This document shows, in pieces, positions 23,700 through 36,066 of a DNA stretch of 64,000 bases. A program made the position numbers and the translations under genes. Numbering within the stretch: the stretch's first letter is position 1; every line of letters starts with the position of its first letter. The stretch is from contig JANJGN010000034.1 of the NCBI GenBank assembly GCA_026770705.1, positions 15,128,001 through 15,192,000 on the forward strand, given 5' to 3'. The stretch is from Isurus oxyrinchus. Lineage: Eukaryota. A model generated the notes under the pieces. The model saw nothing but the letters and a program-made list of their open reading frames with translations. It was not told the origin of the DNA and did not search any database.

Positions 23700-25948
23700 G
23701 GTGGTTTTTTAATCATGGGTGACCTTAATCTCCATGTAGATTGAGAAAATCAAATTGGCAGAGGTAACCATGAGCAAGAATTCATAGAGTGTATTCAGGA
23801 TAGTTTCTTGGAACAATATGCTGTGGATCCAACCAGGGAACAGGCTATTTTGGATCTGGTAATGTGTAATGAGGCAGGTTTAATAAATGATCTCAGAGTC
23901 GCAGATCTCCTAGGAAACAGTGACCATAACATGGTGGACTTTAGTATTCCGTTTCAGAGTGAGAAACTTAGTTCGGAAACATCTGTGCTAAACTTAAATA
24001 AGGGTAATTACAAAGGAATGAGGGCAGAATTGGCTGAAATGGCCTGGGAAAGGAGTTCAGCAGAAAAGACGGCTGATGAACAATGGCAGATATTTAAGAA
24101 AATAGTTCATGACTCACAACAAAGATATATCCCAGTGAAGAAGAAGGATTCTAGGAAGGGGATAAACCAACCATGGTTAACCAAGGAAGTTAAGAATAGT
24201 ATATTGAAAGAAAAAACATACAGTGTGGCAAAGATTAGCGGTAAGCCAGAGAATTGGGAAAGTTTTCAAAACCAACAGACGGTGACCAAAAAAAAAAGGG
24301 AGAAAATAAACTTTGAGGGTAAACTGGCAAGTAATATGAAAATGGACAGTCAGAGCTTCTTTAAATATATGAAAAGGAAGAGAGAGGCCAAAGTCAATAT
24401 AGGTCCCTTAGAGAATGAGGCTGGGGAAATAATAATGGGGAGCCAGAAAATAGCAGAGGAGTTGAATAAATACTTTGCATCAGTCTTCACAGTAGAAGAC
24501 ACTAATAGCATTCCAAAAATACTAAATAATCAGAGAAAGAGTACTAAGGAAACTAATGGGGCTAAAGGCCGATAAGTCACCTGGACCTGATGGGTTGCAT
24601 CCTAGGATATTAAAGGAAATAGCTGCAGAGATAGTGGATGCACTGGTTTTAATCTTCCAAGAATCCTTAGATTCTGGAAAAAGTCCCAGAGGATTGGAAA
24701 ACTGTCAGTGTAACACCTTTATTCAAAAAGGAAGGGAGACAACAAAATCAGCCAGTTAGCTTAACATCTGTCATTGGGAAAATGTGGGAGCCTATTATAA
24801 AGGATGTAATAGCAGAGCATTTAGAAATGCAAAATCTAATCAAGCAGAGTCAGAATGGCTTCATGAAGGGGAAATCATGCGTGACAAATTTATTAGAATT
24901 CTTTGAGGAGGTAACAAACAGGATAGATAAAGGGGAACCAGTAGATGTAATATATTTGGATTTCCAAAAGGCATTAAATAAGGTACCACGCATAAGGCTA
25001 CTTAATAAGATAAGAGCCCATGGCCTAGGGGGTAGTATATTAGCATGGATAGAGGATTGGCTAACTGATAGAAAACAGAGATTTGGGTTACGGGGGTGGG
25101 GGGGTGCATTTTCAAGATGGCAGTCTGTAACTAATGGAGTGCCACAAGGATCAGTGCTGGGACCACAATTATTTGCAATATATATTAATAACTTGGATGA
25201 AGGAAATGAATGTGCTATCACCAGGTTTACGGATGACACAAAAATAGGTGGGACGGCAAATGGTGAGGTTGACACAAAGAATCAACAAAGGGATATAGAC
25301 AGGCTAAGTGAGTGGACAAAAACGTGACAGATGGAATATAATGTGAAAAGTGTGAGGTTATGCAATTTGGCAGGAAGAATAGAGGAGCTGAATATTACTT
25401 AAATGGAGAAAGACTGAAGAAAGCTGCAGCACAGAGGGATTAGGGGTCCTCGTGCATGAATCCCAAAAAGCTAGCACACAGGTTCAGCAGGTAATAGGTA
25501 AAGGAAATGGAATGTTGGCCTTTATTTCAAAGGGAATGGAGTATAAAAATAGGAATGTCTTGCTAAAACTATACAAGGCTCTAGTTAGACCACACCTAGA
25601 ATACTGTGGACAGTTTTGCTCCCCTTATCTAAGGAAACATGTACTAGCATAGGAGGCAGTCCAGAGAAGGTTCACTAGGTTGATCCCGGGGATGGAGGGA
25701 TTTTCTTATGAGGAGAGGTTGAGCTGATTGGGCCTGTACTAATTGGGGTTTAGAAGAATGAGAGGTAACCTGATTGAAACATATGAGTTTCTTACGGGGC
25801 TTGGCAGGGTAGATGCTGAGAGACTGTATCCCATTGTGGAAGAGTCTAGGATCAGAAGGCATAATCTCAGAGTAAGGGGGCACCCACTTAAAACAGAGAT
25901 GAGGAGGAATTGCTTCTCTCAGAGGGTTGTCAATCTGTGGAATTCTTA
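23700..25948 (+). mobile_element. CR1 LINE ORF2 (endonuclease end + RT), frameshifted
   Basis: PTREQAILDLV, LGNSDH, KSPGPDGLHPRILKE, YLDFQKA, GVPQGSVLGP, FTDDTK. Confidence 0.92.
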
Positions 25949-25950
25949 TC

Positions 25951-27583
25951 AGAAACAGAATTACCTGGAAAAACTCAGCAGGTCTGGCAGCATCGGCGGA
26001 GAAGAAGAGTTGACGTTTCGAGTCCTCATGACCCTTCGACAGAACTTGAGTGAGTCCAAGAAAGGGGTGAAATATAAGCTGGTTAAAGGTGTGTTGGGGG
26101 GGGTGGGGAGTTGGGTTTGCTGGGGGGAGAGAGAGAGACGTGGAGGGGGTTGGTGTGGTTGTAGGGACAAACAAGCAGTAATAGAAGCAGATCATCAAAA
26201 GATGTCACAAACAACAGAACAAAAGAACACATAGGTGTTAAAGTTGGTGATATTATCTAAACGAATGTGCTAATTAAGAATGGATGGTAGGGTACTCAAG
26301 GTATAGCTCTAGTGGGGGTGGGGGGAGCATAAAAGATTTAAAAATATTTAAAAATAATAGAAATAGGTTGGAAAAGAAAAATCTATATAATTTATTGCAA
26401 AAAACGAAAGGAAGGGGGAAACAGAAAAGGGGTGGGGATGGAGGACGGAGCTCAAGACCTAAAGTTGTTGAATTCAATATTCATTCTGGAAGGCTGTAAA
26501 GTGCCTAGTCAGAAGATGAGGTGTTGTTCCTCCAGTTTGCGCTGGGCTTCACTGGAACAATGCAGCAAGCCAAGGACAGACATGTGGGCAAGAGAGCAGG
26601 GTGGAGTGTTAAAATGGCAAGCGACAGGGAGGTTTGGGTCATTCTTGCGGACAGACTGCAGGTGTTCTGCAAAGCGGTTGCCCAGTTTACGTTTGGTCTC
26701 TCCAATGTAGAGGAGACCGCATTGGGAGCAACGAATGCAGTAGACTAAGTTGGGGGAAATGCAAGTGAAATGCTGCTTCACTTGAAAGGAGTGTTTGCGC
26801 CCTTGGACGGTGAGGAGAGAGGAAGTGAAGGGGCAGGTGTTGCATCTTTTGCGTGGGCATGGGGTGGTGCCATAGGAGGGGGTTGAGGAGTAGGGGTTGA
26901 TGGAGGAGTGGACCAGGGTGTCCTGGAGGGAACAATCCCTACGGAATGCCGATAGGGGGGGTGAAGGGAAGATGTGTTTGGTGGTGGCATCATGCTGGAG
27001 TTGGCGGTAATGGTGGAGGATGATCTTTTGAATGCGGAGGCTGGTGGGGTGATAAGTGAGGACAAGGGGGACCCTATCATGCTTCTGGGAGGGAGGAGAA
27101 GGCGTGAGGGCGGATGCGCGGGAGATGGGTCGGACACGGTTGAGGGCCCTGTCAACGACCGTGGGTGGAAAACCTCGGTTAAGGGAGAAGGAGGACATGT
27201 CAGAGGAACTGTTTTTGAAGGTAGCATCATCGGAACAGATGCAACGGAGGCGAAGGAACTGAGAGAATGGGATGGAGTCCTTACAGGAAGCAGGGTGTGA
27301 GGAGCTGTAGTCGAGGTAGCTGTGGGAGTCGGTAGGTTTGTAATGGATATTGGTGGACAGTCTATCACCAGAGATTGAGACAGAGAGGTCAAGGAAGGGA
27401 AGGGAAGGTAGATGGCGATTGTTCGGGCCTCTGTTCGAGGAAAAAGCTAAGGGCCCTCAGACCATCCTGGGGGGGGATGGAGGTGTAGAGGGATTGGACG
27501 TCCATGGTGAAGAGAAGCGGTTGGGGCCAGGGAACTGGAAATTGTTGATGTGACGTAAGGTGTCAGAGGAATCACGGATGTAG
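25951..27583 (-). mobile_element. Penelope-like element, inverted left arm (3' 1.6 kb, internal deletion near 27410)
   Basis: ORF 26509..27198 is nearly identical to the C-terminus of the 667-aa ORF. Confidence 0.92.
26008..26046 (-). ncRNA. Minimal type I hammerhead ribozyme-like motif
   Basis: agtt-CUGUCGA-a-GGGUC-augag-GACUC-GAAA-cGUC-aacu. Confidence 0.6.
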
Positions 27584-27654
27584 GTGCGGAACTCTTCTTC
27601 CGCCGTCTTCGTCTCCGGGCTCACTTCTTTGGGCAGGAGTCCTCTCCCCGTTCA

Positions 27655-29658
27655 ATGGATTCTTTCACCCACCTCCAATATTCTCCCTCCACCTGGACCC
27701 CACCCTCTGGATTCTTACCTTCTCTTGATCTTTTCATTGAGAACTGTCGGCGCGACATTAGTCGTCTCAATTTCTCTGCTCCTCTCACCCATTCTAATCT
27801 CTCTCTCGCTGAACTTACTGCACTCCATTCTCTCAGGTCCAACCCTGACTTCGTCATCAAACCCGCTGACAAGGGTGGTGCTGTTGTTGTCTGGCACACT
27901 AACCTCTACCTCGCGGAGGCTGAGCGTCAACTCACAGACACTTCCTCCTACCTCTCCCTGGACCATGACCCCAGCACTGAACATCAAGCCATTGTTTCCA
28001 GGACTGTCACTGACCTCATCTCCTCTGGGGATCTTCCTCTCACAGCTTCTAACCTGATAGTTGCCCAACCTCGGACGGCCCGCTTCTACCTCCTACCCAA
28101 AATCCACAAACAGAACTGTCCTGGTAGACCGATAGTGTCAGCTTGCTCCTGCCCCACAGAACTCATCTCTCGTTATCTTGACTCCCTTCTCTCTCCCCTT
28201 GTCCAGTCCCTTCCCACCTACATCCGTGATTCCTCTGACACCTTACGTCACATCAACAATTTCCAGTTCCCTGGCCCCAACTGCTTCCTCTTCACCATGG
28301 ACGTCCAATCCCTCTACACCTCCATCCCCCCCCAGGATGGTCTGAGGGCCCTTAGCTTTTTCCTCGAACAGAGGCCCGAACAATCCCCATCCACCACTAC
28401 TCTCCTCCGTCTGGCTGAACATGTTCTCACACTGAACAATTTCTCCTTCAACTCCTCTCACTTCCTCCAAATAAAAGGTGTGGCTATGGGTACCCGCATG
28501 GGCCCCAGCTATGCCTGTCTCTTTATGGGGTATGTGGAACATTCCTTGTTCCAGTCCTACTCCGGCCCCCTTCCACAGCTCTTTCTCCGGTACATCGATG
28601 ATTACTTTGGTGCTGCTTCATGCTCTCGTCGGGACTTGGAAAAATTTATTAATTTTGCTTCCAATCTCCACCCCTCCATCATTTTCACGTGGTCCATCTC
28701 TGACACTTCCCTGCCCTTCCTTGACCTCGCTGTCTCAATCTCTGGTGATAGACTGTCCACCAATATCCATTACAAGCCTACTGACTCCCACAGCTACCTT
28801 GACTACAGCTCCTCACACCCCGCTTCCTGTAAGGACTCCATCCCATTCTCTCAGTTCCTTCGCCTCTGTCGCATCTGTTCTGATGATGCTACCTTCAAAA
28901 ACAGTTCCTCTGACATGTCCTCCTTCTTCCTTAACCGAGGTTTTCCACCCACGGTCGTTGACAGGGCCCTCAACCGTGTCCGGCCCACCTCCCGCGCATC
29001 CGCCCTCACGCCTTCTCCCTCCCAGAAACATGTTAGGGTCCCTCTTGTCCTCACTTATCACCCCACCAGCCTCCGCATTCAAAGGATCATCCTCCGTCAT
29101 TTCCGCCAACTCCAGCATGATGCCACTACCAAACACATCTTCCCTTCACCCCCACTGTCAGCATTCCGTAGTGATCATTCCCTCCAGGACACCCTGGTCC
29201 ACTCCTCCATCACCCCCTACTGCCCAACCCCCACCTATGGCACCACCCCATGCCCACGCATAAGATGTAACACCTGCCCCTTCACTTCCTGTCTCCTCAC
29301 CGTCCAAGGGCCCAAACACTCCTTTCAAGTGAAGCAACATTTCACTTGCATTTCCCCCAACTTAGTCTGCTGCATTCGTTGCTCCCAATGCGGTCTCCTC
29401 TACATTGGAGAGACCAAACGTAAACTGGGCGACCGCTTTGCAGAACACCTGCGGTCTGTCCACAAGAATGACCCAAACCTTCCTGTCGCTTGCCATTTCA
29501 ACACTCCACCCTGCTCTCTTGCCCACATGTCTGTCCTTGGCTTGCTGCATTGTTCCAGTGAAGCCCAACGCAAACTGAAGGAACAACACCTCATCTTCCG
29601 ACTAGGCACTTTACAGCCTTCCGGACTGAATATTGAATTCAACAACTTTAGGTCTTAA
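27655..29658 (+). CDS. Penelope-like reverse transcriptase + Cys-rich linker + GIY-YIG endonuclease (uninterrupted, N-terminally truncated)
   Basis: IKPADKGGAVVV, FYLLPKIHK..PGRPIVS, MDVQSLYTSI, GVAMGTRMGPSYA, RYIDD, CPRIRCNTC, YIGETKRKLGDRFAEH. Confidence 0.9.
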   Translation: MDSFTHLQYSPSTWTPPSGFLPSLDLFIENCRRDISRLNFSAPLTHSNLSLAELTALHSLRSNPDFVIKPADKGGAVVVWHTNLYLAEAERQLTDTSSYLSLDHDPSTEHQAIVSRTVTDLISSGDLPLTASNLIVAQPRTARFYLLPKIHKQNCPGRPIVSACSCPTELISRYLDSLLSPLVQSLPTYIRDSSDTLRHINNFQFPGPNCFLFTMDVQSLYTSIPPQDGLRALSFFLEQRPEQSPSTTTLLRLAEHVLTLNNFSFNSSHFLQIKGVAMGTRMGPSYACLFMGYVEHSLFQSYSGPLPQLFLRYIDDYFGAASCSRRDLEKFINFASNLHPSIIFTWSISDTSLPFLDLAVSISGDRLSTNIHYKPTDSHSYLDYSSSHPASCKDSIPFSQFLRLCRICSDDATFKNSSSDMSSFFLNRGFPPTVVDRALNRVRPTSRASALTPSPSQKHVRVPLVLTYHPTSLRIQRIILRHFRQLQHDATTKHIFPSPPLSAFRSDHSLQDTLVHSSITPYCPTPTYGTTPCPRIRCNTCPFTSCLLTVQGPKHSFQVKQHFTCISPNLVCCIRCSQCGLLYIGETKRKLGDRFAEHLRSVHKNDPNLPVACHFNTPPCSLAHMSVLGLLHCSSEAQRKLKEQHLIFRLGTLQPSGLNIEFNNFRS

Positions 29659-30053
29659 CCTTCCTCCTCCATCCCCACCCCCCTTCTGTTTCTTTCCCCT
29701 TCCTTTTTTTTCCCCAATAAATTATATAGATTTTTCTTTTTTCCTCCTATTTCCATTATTTTTAAATATTTTTAAATCTTTTAAGCTCCCCCCACCCCCA
29801 CTAGAGCTATACCTTGAGTGCCCTACCATCCATTCTTAATTAGCACATTCGTTTAGATAATATCACCAACTTCGACACCTATGTGTTCTTTTGTTCTGCT
29901 GTCTGTGACATCTTTTGATGATCTGCTTCTATCACTGCTTTTGCCTACAACCACACCACCCCCCTCCACTTCTCTCCCCACACCCAACTGGCAACCCCCC
30001 CACACCCACCACCTTAAACCAGCTTATATTTCAACCCTTCCTGGGATTCACCT

Positions 30054-30092
30054 AGTTCTGTCGAAGGGTCATGAGGACTCGAAACGTCAACT
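30054..30092 (+). ncRNA. Minimal type I hammerhead ribozyme-like motif
   Basis: Same motif as 26008-26046. Confidence 0.6.
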
Positions 30093-31362
30093 CTTTTCTT
30101 CTCCGCCGATGTTGCCAGACCTGCTGAGTTTTTCCAGGTAATTCTGTTTTTGTTTTGGATTTCTGGCATCCGCAGTTTTTTGTTTTTATCCTTGTGGGGA
30201 GGTTTGCTAGTTCTGTTGGGGAGGGTTTAAACTAACTTGGCAGGGGGATGGAATCCTGAGAGGAGGTTCAGCACAGCGAGATGCACAGCCTGAATTAGAA
30301 GAGGGAGCAAGTGAGTCTAGAAGGCATAGAAATCATAAACCAGTTAAGGCACAAGGGAGCTTGGCAAGGTTGGATGGTATTTAATGCAAGGAGTCTGACA
30401 AATAAGGCAGATGAGTTGAGGGCACAAATTAACACATGGAAGTATGATGTAATTGCTGTCACAGAGACATGGTTGAGAGAGGGGCAGGATTGGTAGCTCA
30501 ATATTCCAGGATACAGGGTCTTCAAGTGAGACACAGAAGGAGGTAAAAGAGGAGAGGGTATTGCAATATTGACCAAGGAATCAATTACAGCAATAAGGAG
30601 GGATGACATCTTAGAAGGCTCCTGAAATAAAGCCATATGGGTAGAACCTAAAAACAAAAAAGGAGCAACCACATTGCTGGGGATGTACAATTGGCCCCCA
30701 AACAGTCAAAGAGAGATAGAAGAGCAGATATGTAGGCAAATTTCAGAGAAGTGTAAAAATAATAGGGTAGTAATAGTGGGGGATTTCAACTTCCCCAACA
30801 TTAACTGGGTTAGTCATAGTGTGATAGGTTTAGAGGGAGTGGAATTCTTAAAATGCATCCAGGAGAGCTTTTTAAGCCAATACGTAGAAGGTCCAACAAG
30901 AGAGGGGATGGTCCTGGACTTAATTTTAAGGAATGAAGCTGGGCAAGTGGTAGTGGTATCAGTGGGGGATCATTTTGCAGATAGTGATTATAACTCTGTT
31001 CGATCCAAGGTTGTTATGGAAAAGGACAAGGATGGGCCAGAAATCAGAGTTCTAAATTGGGGGAAGGCCGATTTTAATAAAATCAGATATGATTTGGCCA
31101 GAGTGGACTGGCAGCAACTACTTTTAGGTAAATCTGCGTCAGAGCAGTGGGACTCATTCAAGAAGGAAATAGGCTAGAGTACAGGGCCAACATGTTCCAG
31201 TAAAGGTAAAGGGTGAGACCAACAAATAAAAGGAACCCTGGATGCCGAGGGATATACAGGATTAGATAAAGAGAAAAAGGGAGGCTTATGGCAGATACCC
31301 AGGGCTCAAAACAGCGGAAGCCTGAGAGGAGTACAGAATGTGTAGGGGGTAACTTAAAAAGG

Positions 31363-33253
31363 AATTTAAATGTTCAGGAAGGTAGGCGGACAGCAAAAAT
31401 CAGCTGTCTGCCTGCCGACTTATCATTGGCCAATTGAGGCTATTAACAGGATAATTAACCCAATTAAAGGCCCTACCCATCCAACCTTAAGGCTGGTGGG
31501 CAGGCCAGGAGCCCTAGCGGGCAATAGAAAAAACATGAAACCTCATCCACTGGTGGGATGATGTTTCATGTCCGTTTTAAAAGTCTTTAATAAACTTTAT
31601 GTCATATTTATTAACATGTCCCATCTCGTGTGACACTGTCACATAAGGGGGACATGTTAATAATTTTTTAAATTTTTCTGTTTTTGAGGTTTTTTAAAAT
31701 GTCACCAATCTCCCTGAGACAGCACTTAGTCGCAGGGAGCAGTGCGCTCTATCGCGTACATGCGTGAAAGTGCACACTTTGACAGTTGGGAAATCCCGCC
31801 CCCCCACTCCGCACAGGAAGCGCATAGCACTTCCTGTCGGGCAGCCCGCTGGGTAAGGCCCGCCCACTCAAAATGGCGGCGGGGCCCGTTTCAGCGCTGG
31901 AGTTCAGCTGCCCGCCCACCGCCAAGTCAGTGGGGCCTGCCTGCCCATCAAGGGCTAAATTCTGCCCTTAGAGTACTGCGTACAGCTCTAAAAGGCAGGG
32001 CCACAGGTAAAACGGTGATTAAATCAGCAAACCAAATATGGTGTATTATTTCTGATCATAGCGACAGGAGAGGTGGTGGCGTAATGGTATTCTCACTGGA
32101 CTAGTATTCCAAACACCCACTGTAATTCCCTGGAGACTGGGGTTTGAATCCCACCATGGCAGATGGTGAGATCTGAATTCAGTAAAAAAAACACCTGCAA
32201 CTATATTACACTGCTCCTTCACCCCAAGAATACCTTTACAGATAACCATGAAACTATTGTGGTAAAAACCCATCCAGTTCACAAATGTCCCCTTTAGAGA
32301 AGGAAATCTGCCGTCCCCATCCTTACCTGGTCTGACCTACATGTGACTCCAGACTCCTAAATGCCCTCCGAACAAGGACAATTAGGGATGGCCAACAAAT
32401 GCTGACCGAGGAGGTGCCACCCACATCCAATGAATAAAAAAAAATTGAAAAGTAGGGAAATTATGTTAAACTTGTCTTGAACCTCACACTGAGAGAATTG
32501 TGTGCAGTTCTGGCCACCATATTATAACAGATATAGCGACCCTGGAGAGAGTGCAGAGAAGATTTACTGTGTGGGTTTACATATCAGGAAAGGATTGACA
32601 GGCTGGGCCTCTTCTCTCCTAAAAAGAGAAGGCTGGGGATGGGGGCAACTTGCTAGAAGTCTTAAAACTCTGAATGGTTTTATGAGAGTGGATACAGAGA
32701 AAACGTTTTCTCTTGTGGGGTGAAGCAGAACTAAAGGCCGTCATTATAAGATAGTCACCGAGAGATCCAATAGGGGAATTCAGGAGAAACTTCTCTACCC
32801 AGCAGGGAGTGAGAATGCTGACCAGTGATGGTTACACTGCAAGACAAGGAAAGATGAGGTGAATTATTTTCATGCATTTGGATAAATACTAGAAGTGGAA
32901 AAATTTGAAGGGCTGTGGGGTACAGAGCAGCAAGGAATTGGGACCAATTGAATAGGTTTTTTTAAGGAGATTGCACATGCAGGATGGGCCAAATGGCTTC
33001 CTCCTGTGCTGTATCACTCTAAGATTCTTAGACTTTTGATTGCACAAGAGATCAGAGGCAAATAGGGAAACTCTGTCAGTTTGACAACTTGTTGCACTGA
33101 CCAGTTTGCTTTCGGTTTACCTTTCAGCTAGCTGCTTCCTTCTTGTGGTTATTCTGTTGCTGAGCCTGGGCAGGAAGTGCGAGGGTTGAACTCCGTGTCT
33201 ATTCTAAGTGCTTCAACATTGCGGTCATGACAACTTCTCACTAATATGAGTAA
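31363..33253 (+). repeat. Segmental copy of Siglec-like intron 1 sequence (paralogous to 59261-60821)
   Basis: Collinear high identity including the MITE end, SINE, CR1 fragment and unique intron sequence. Confidence 0.9.
32066..32442 (+). mobile_element. tRNA-derived SINE with LINE-like tail and poly(A)
   Basis: TGGCGTAATGG A-box, GGTTTGAATCC B-box; tail aattagggatggccaacaaatgctg..cacatcc..aataaaaaaa; duplicate at 59635-60010. Confidence 0.75.
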
Positions 33254-35703
33254 AATACTGGCAGGTAAAATAAAGACAAATCCAAAGTTACTTTACAAGA
33301 GTAAGAGGATAACTAGGGAAAGAGTAAGGCTCATTTAGGACCATATTGGTAATTTGTGTGTGAAGCCAGAAGACGTAGGTAGGGTTCTAAATGAATACTT
33401 TAGTGTCGGTGTTCACAAGTGAGGGGGACAATGTGGGTATGGAAATCAGGCAGAAGGACTGTTATATAGCTAAAGGAATTAGCATAGAAAGGGAGGACGC
33501 TCTAAGTGGTCTAGCAGGCTTAAAAGATAAATCGCCACTCCTGGATGAAATGTATCCCAGGCTGTTGAGTGAGGCAAGGGAGAAGATAGCAGGGGCCCTG
33601 GCAATAATTCTCAATACCTGTCTGGCCACAGGAGAGGTGCCAGAGGACTGGAGGACAGCCAATGTGGTACCATTATTCAAGAAGGGAGGAAAGGATAAAC
33701 CAGGGAATGACAGCCAGTCAATCTTAACTTCAATGGTGGGGAAACTATTGGAAGCAATTCTGAGGGACAAAATTAATCTGTGCTTGGAGAGGCAGGGATT
33801 AATCAAGGACCGTCAGCATGGCTTTCTTAAGGGGTGGTCACGTCTGACCAATTTGATTGAATTTTTCAAAGAGGTGACCAGGTGTGTGGATGAGGGCAAT
33901 GCATTTGATGTAGTCTACTTGTTCTTCAGCAAGGCTTTTGATAAGGTCCTGCATTGGAGACTGATAAAGAAGGTAAGAGCCCATGGGATCCAAGGCAGTT
34001 TGGATCCAGAATTGGCTGAGTGGCAGGAAGCGGAGGGTGATGCTCGAGGGGTGGTTTTATGACTGGATGCCTGTGTCCAGTGGGGTTCCACAGGGATCGG
34101 TGTTGGGTCCATTGCTGTTGGTGGTATATATAAACGATTTAAATTTGAATGTAGGAGGGATGATCAATAAGTTCGTGGATGACACGAAAATTGGTGGGGT
34201 GGTAAATAGTGAGGAGGATAGGCTTAGATTACAGGAGGATATAGACAAGCTGGGCAGATAGGCTGATAAGTGGCAAATGGAATTTAATCGGGATAAGTGT
34301 GAGGTGATGCACTTGGGCAGGACAAACAAGGCACGGGGATACACGATGAATGATAGAACCCTGGAAAGTACCGAGGGGATCAGAGGGACCTTGGTGTGCA
34401 TGTCCACCGGTCCCTTAAGATAGCGGGACAGGTAGATAAGGTGGTTAAGAAGGCATATGGGATAATTGCCTTTATTAACCCAGGCAGAGAATATAATAGC
34501 AGGGAGGTTATGCTGAAACTGTATAAAATGCTGGTTAAGCCACAGCTAGAGTATTGCGTGCAGTTCTGGAATCCGCATTGTAGGAAGGATGTGATTGCAC
34601 TAGAGAGAGTGCAGAGGAGATTTACCAGGATGTTGCCTGGGATGGAGAGTTTTAGTTATGAGGAGAGATTGGATAGACTGGGGTTATTTTCCCTGGAGCA
34701 GAGGAGATTGAGGGAGGACATGATTGAAGTGTATAAAATTATGACGGGCATAGATAGGGTAGACAGGAAGGAACTTTTCCCCTTGGTGGAGGGATCAATA
34801 ACCAGGGGCATAGATTTAAGGTAAGGGGCAGGAGGTTTAGAGGGGATGTGAGGAAGAGTTTTCGCACCCAGAGGGTGATGGGAATGCGGAGCTCACTGCC
34901 TGAAAGGGTGGTGGAGGCAGAAACCCTTATAACATGTCAGAAGTATTTGGATGTGCACTTGCGCTGCCTTGGCATACAAGGCCATGGGCCTGGTGCTGGA
35001 AAATGGGATTAGAGTAGTTAGATACTTGTTTGACCAGCACAGACTCGATGGGCCGGAGAGCCTTTTTCTGTACTGTAGACCTCTATGATTATGACTCTAT
35101 GACACATGGGGCACACAGAAATCTCACCAGGGTCACATCGACAGCACCTCTTTCCCCTATTACCTCTGCCACCAAGAAGGACAATATTCAATGACAGTGT
35201 GGAGGAGCAGCTGACACCTCGGGAAGCACTGGCCACTCTCACTGTCTTGGAAATCAGCTCATTATCACTTTGCTGCTTGTGGGAGCTTGCTGTCTGTAAA
35301 TTGACTGATGTGTTTCCTACCTTACAACAGTCACCACACTTGGAAAAAGTCCTTCGTTGGCTGTGAAACACTTAGGGACATTCTGAGATGGGGAACGATG
35401 CTATAGAAACGCGATTCTTTCTTTTGTCGATATGTAAGACTTTTGAACAGGATTAGAGAGATCAGTGGGAGTGGATAACCTGATAATATTGATAGTCACA
35501 GTCAATACATTTAATCATTGATATTAAAGTGAGTGTTAGAGCTTGCTTTCGGACTGAACTGGAAGCTATCACCAGGTTATTGAGAATCAGACAGTGTGTT
35601 ATAATAAGCTGAGTTTTGTGTTAATATGTAAACGTCACAGTTTGTGTTATTTCCCATTGAGTGTTGAATATGAATTGTTAAGTAATTATAACACAGCACT
35701 TAC

Positions 35704-36066
35704 CAGAAACGTGAAGCTGGGTTACAGGGTAATAGTTATGGCTCGAACCATTGTCAAATTTTATTCTGAAAAAATAAGGTCCTGCATCTTCCCGTCTGAT
35801 GTTGTTTATAATCAGGGAACAGTCACCATCTTTCAGGTCTCCAGACAGCCGGGTCTGATGGCGAAACCGTGGTAACTCGTGATTGCGATCCTTGGAGTGA
35901 AAGGCTATAGACGAATGCCGTTCCTTGATATTAAACCAGACTCCACCTCGTGGTTGGTTTGCCAACTCTGATGGATAACTGTAATGACATGGGATCTGTA
36001 CACAGGAACCTTCCTGCACTGTCACCTCTCGTGGAGTGTCACCTTTCCCCTCTTGTGACAGTCCAA
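35704..36066 (-). CDS. Unit C Siglec-type V-set exon
   Basis: Within ORF 35678..36085; 363 nt; CVQIPC, GDCSL, YFFR. Confidence 0.88.

Larger units (their letters stand above)
27584..30188 (+). mobile_element. Penelope-like element, right arm, 5'-truncated
   Basis: Contains the 667-aa ORF and the 3' UTR shared with 18645-19140. Confidence 0.93.
30190..35095 (+). mobile_element. CR1 LINE (ORF1 end + whole ORF2, decayed), interrupted at 31363-33253
   Basis: NARSLTNKADEL..YDVIAVTETWL, VGDFNFP, VPEDWRTANVVPLFKKG, GVPQGSVLGP, FVDDTK; 3' tail ctctatga. Confidence 0.92.
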
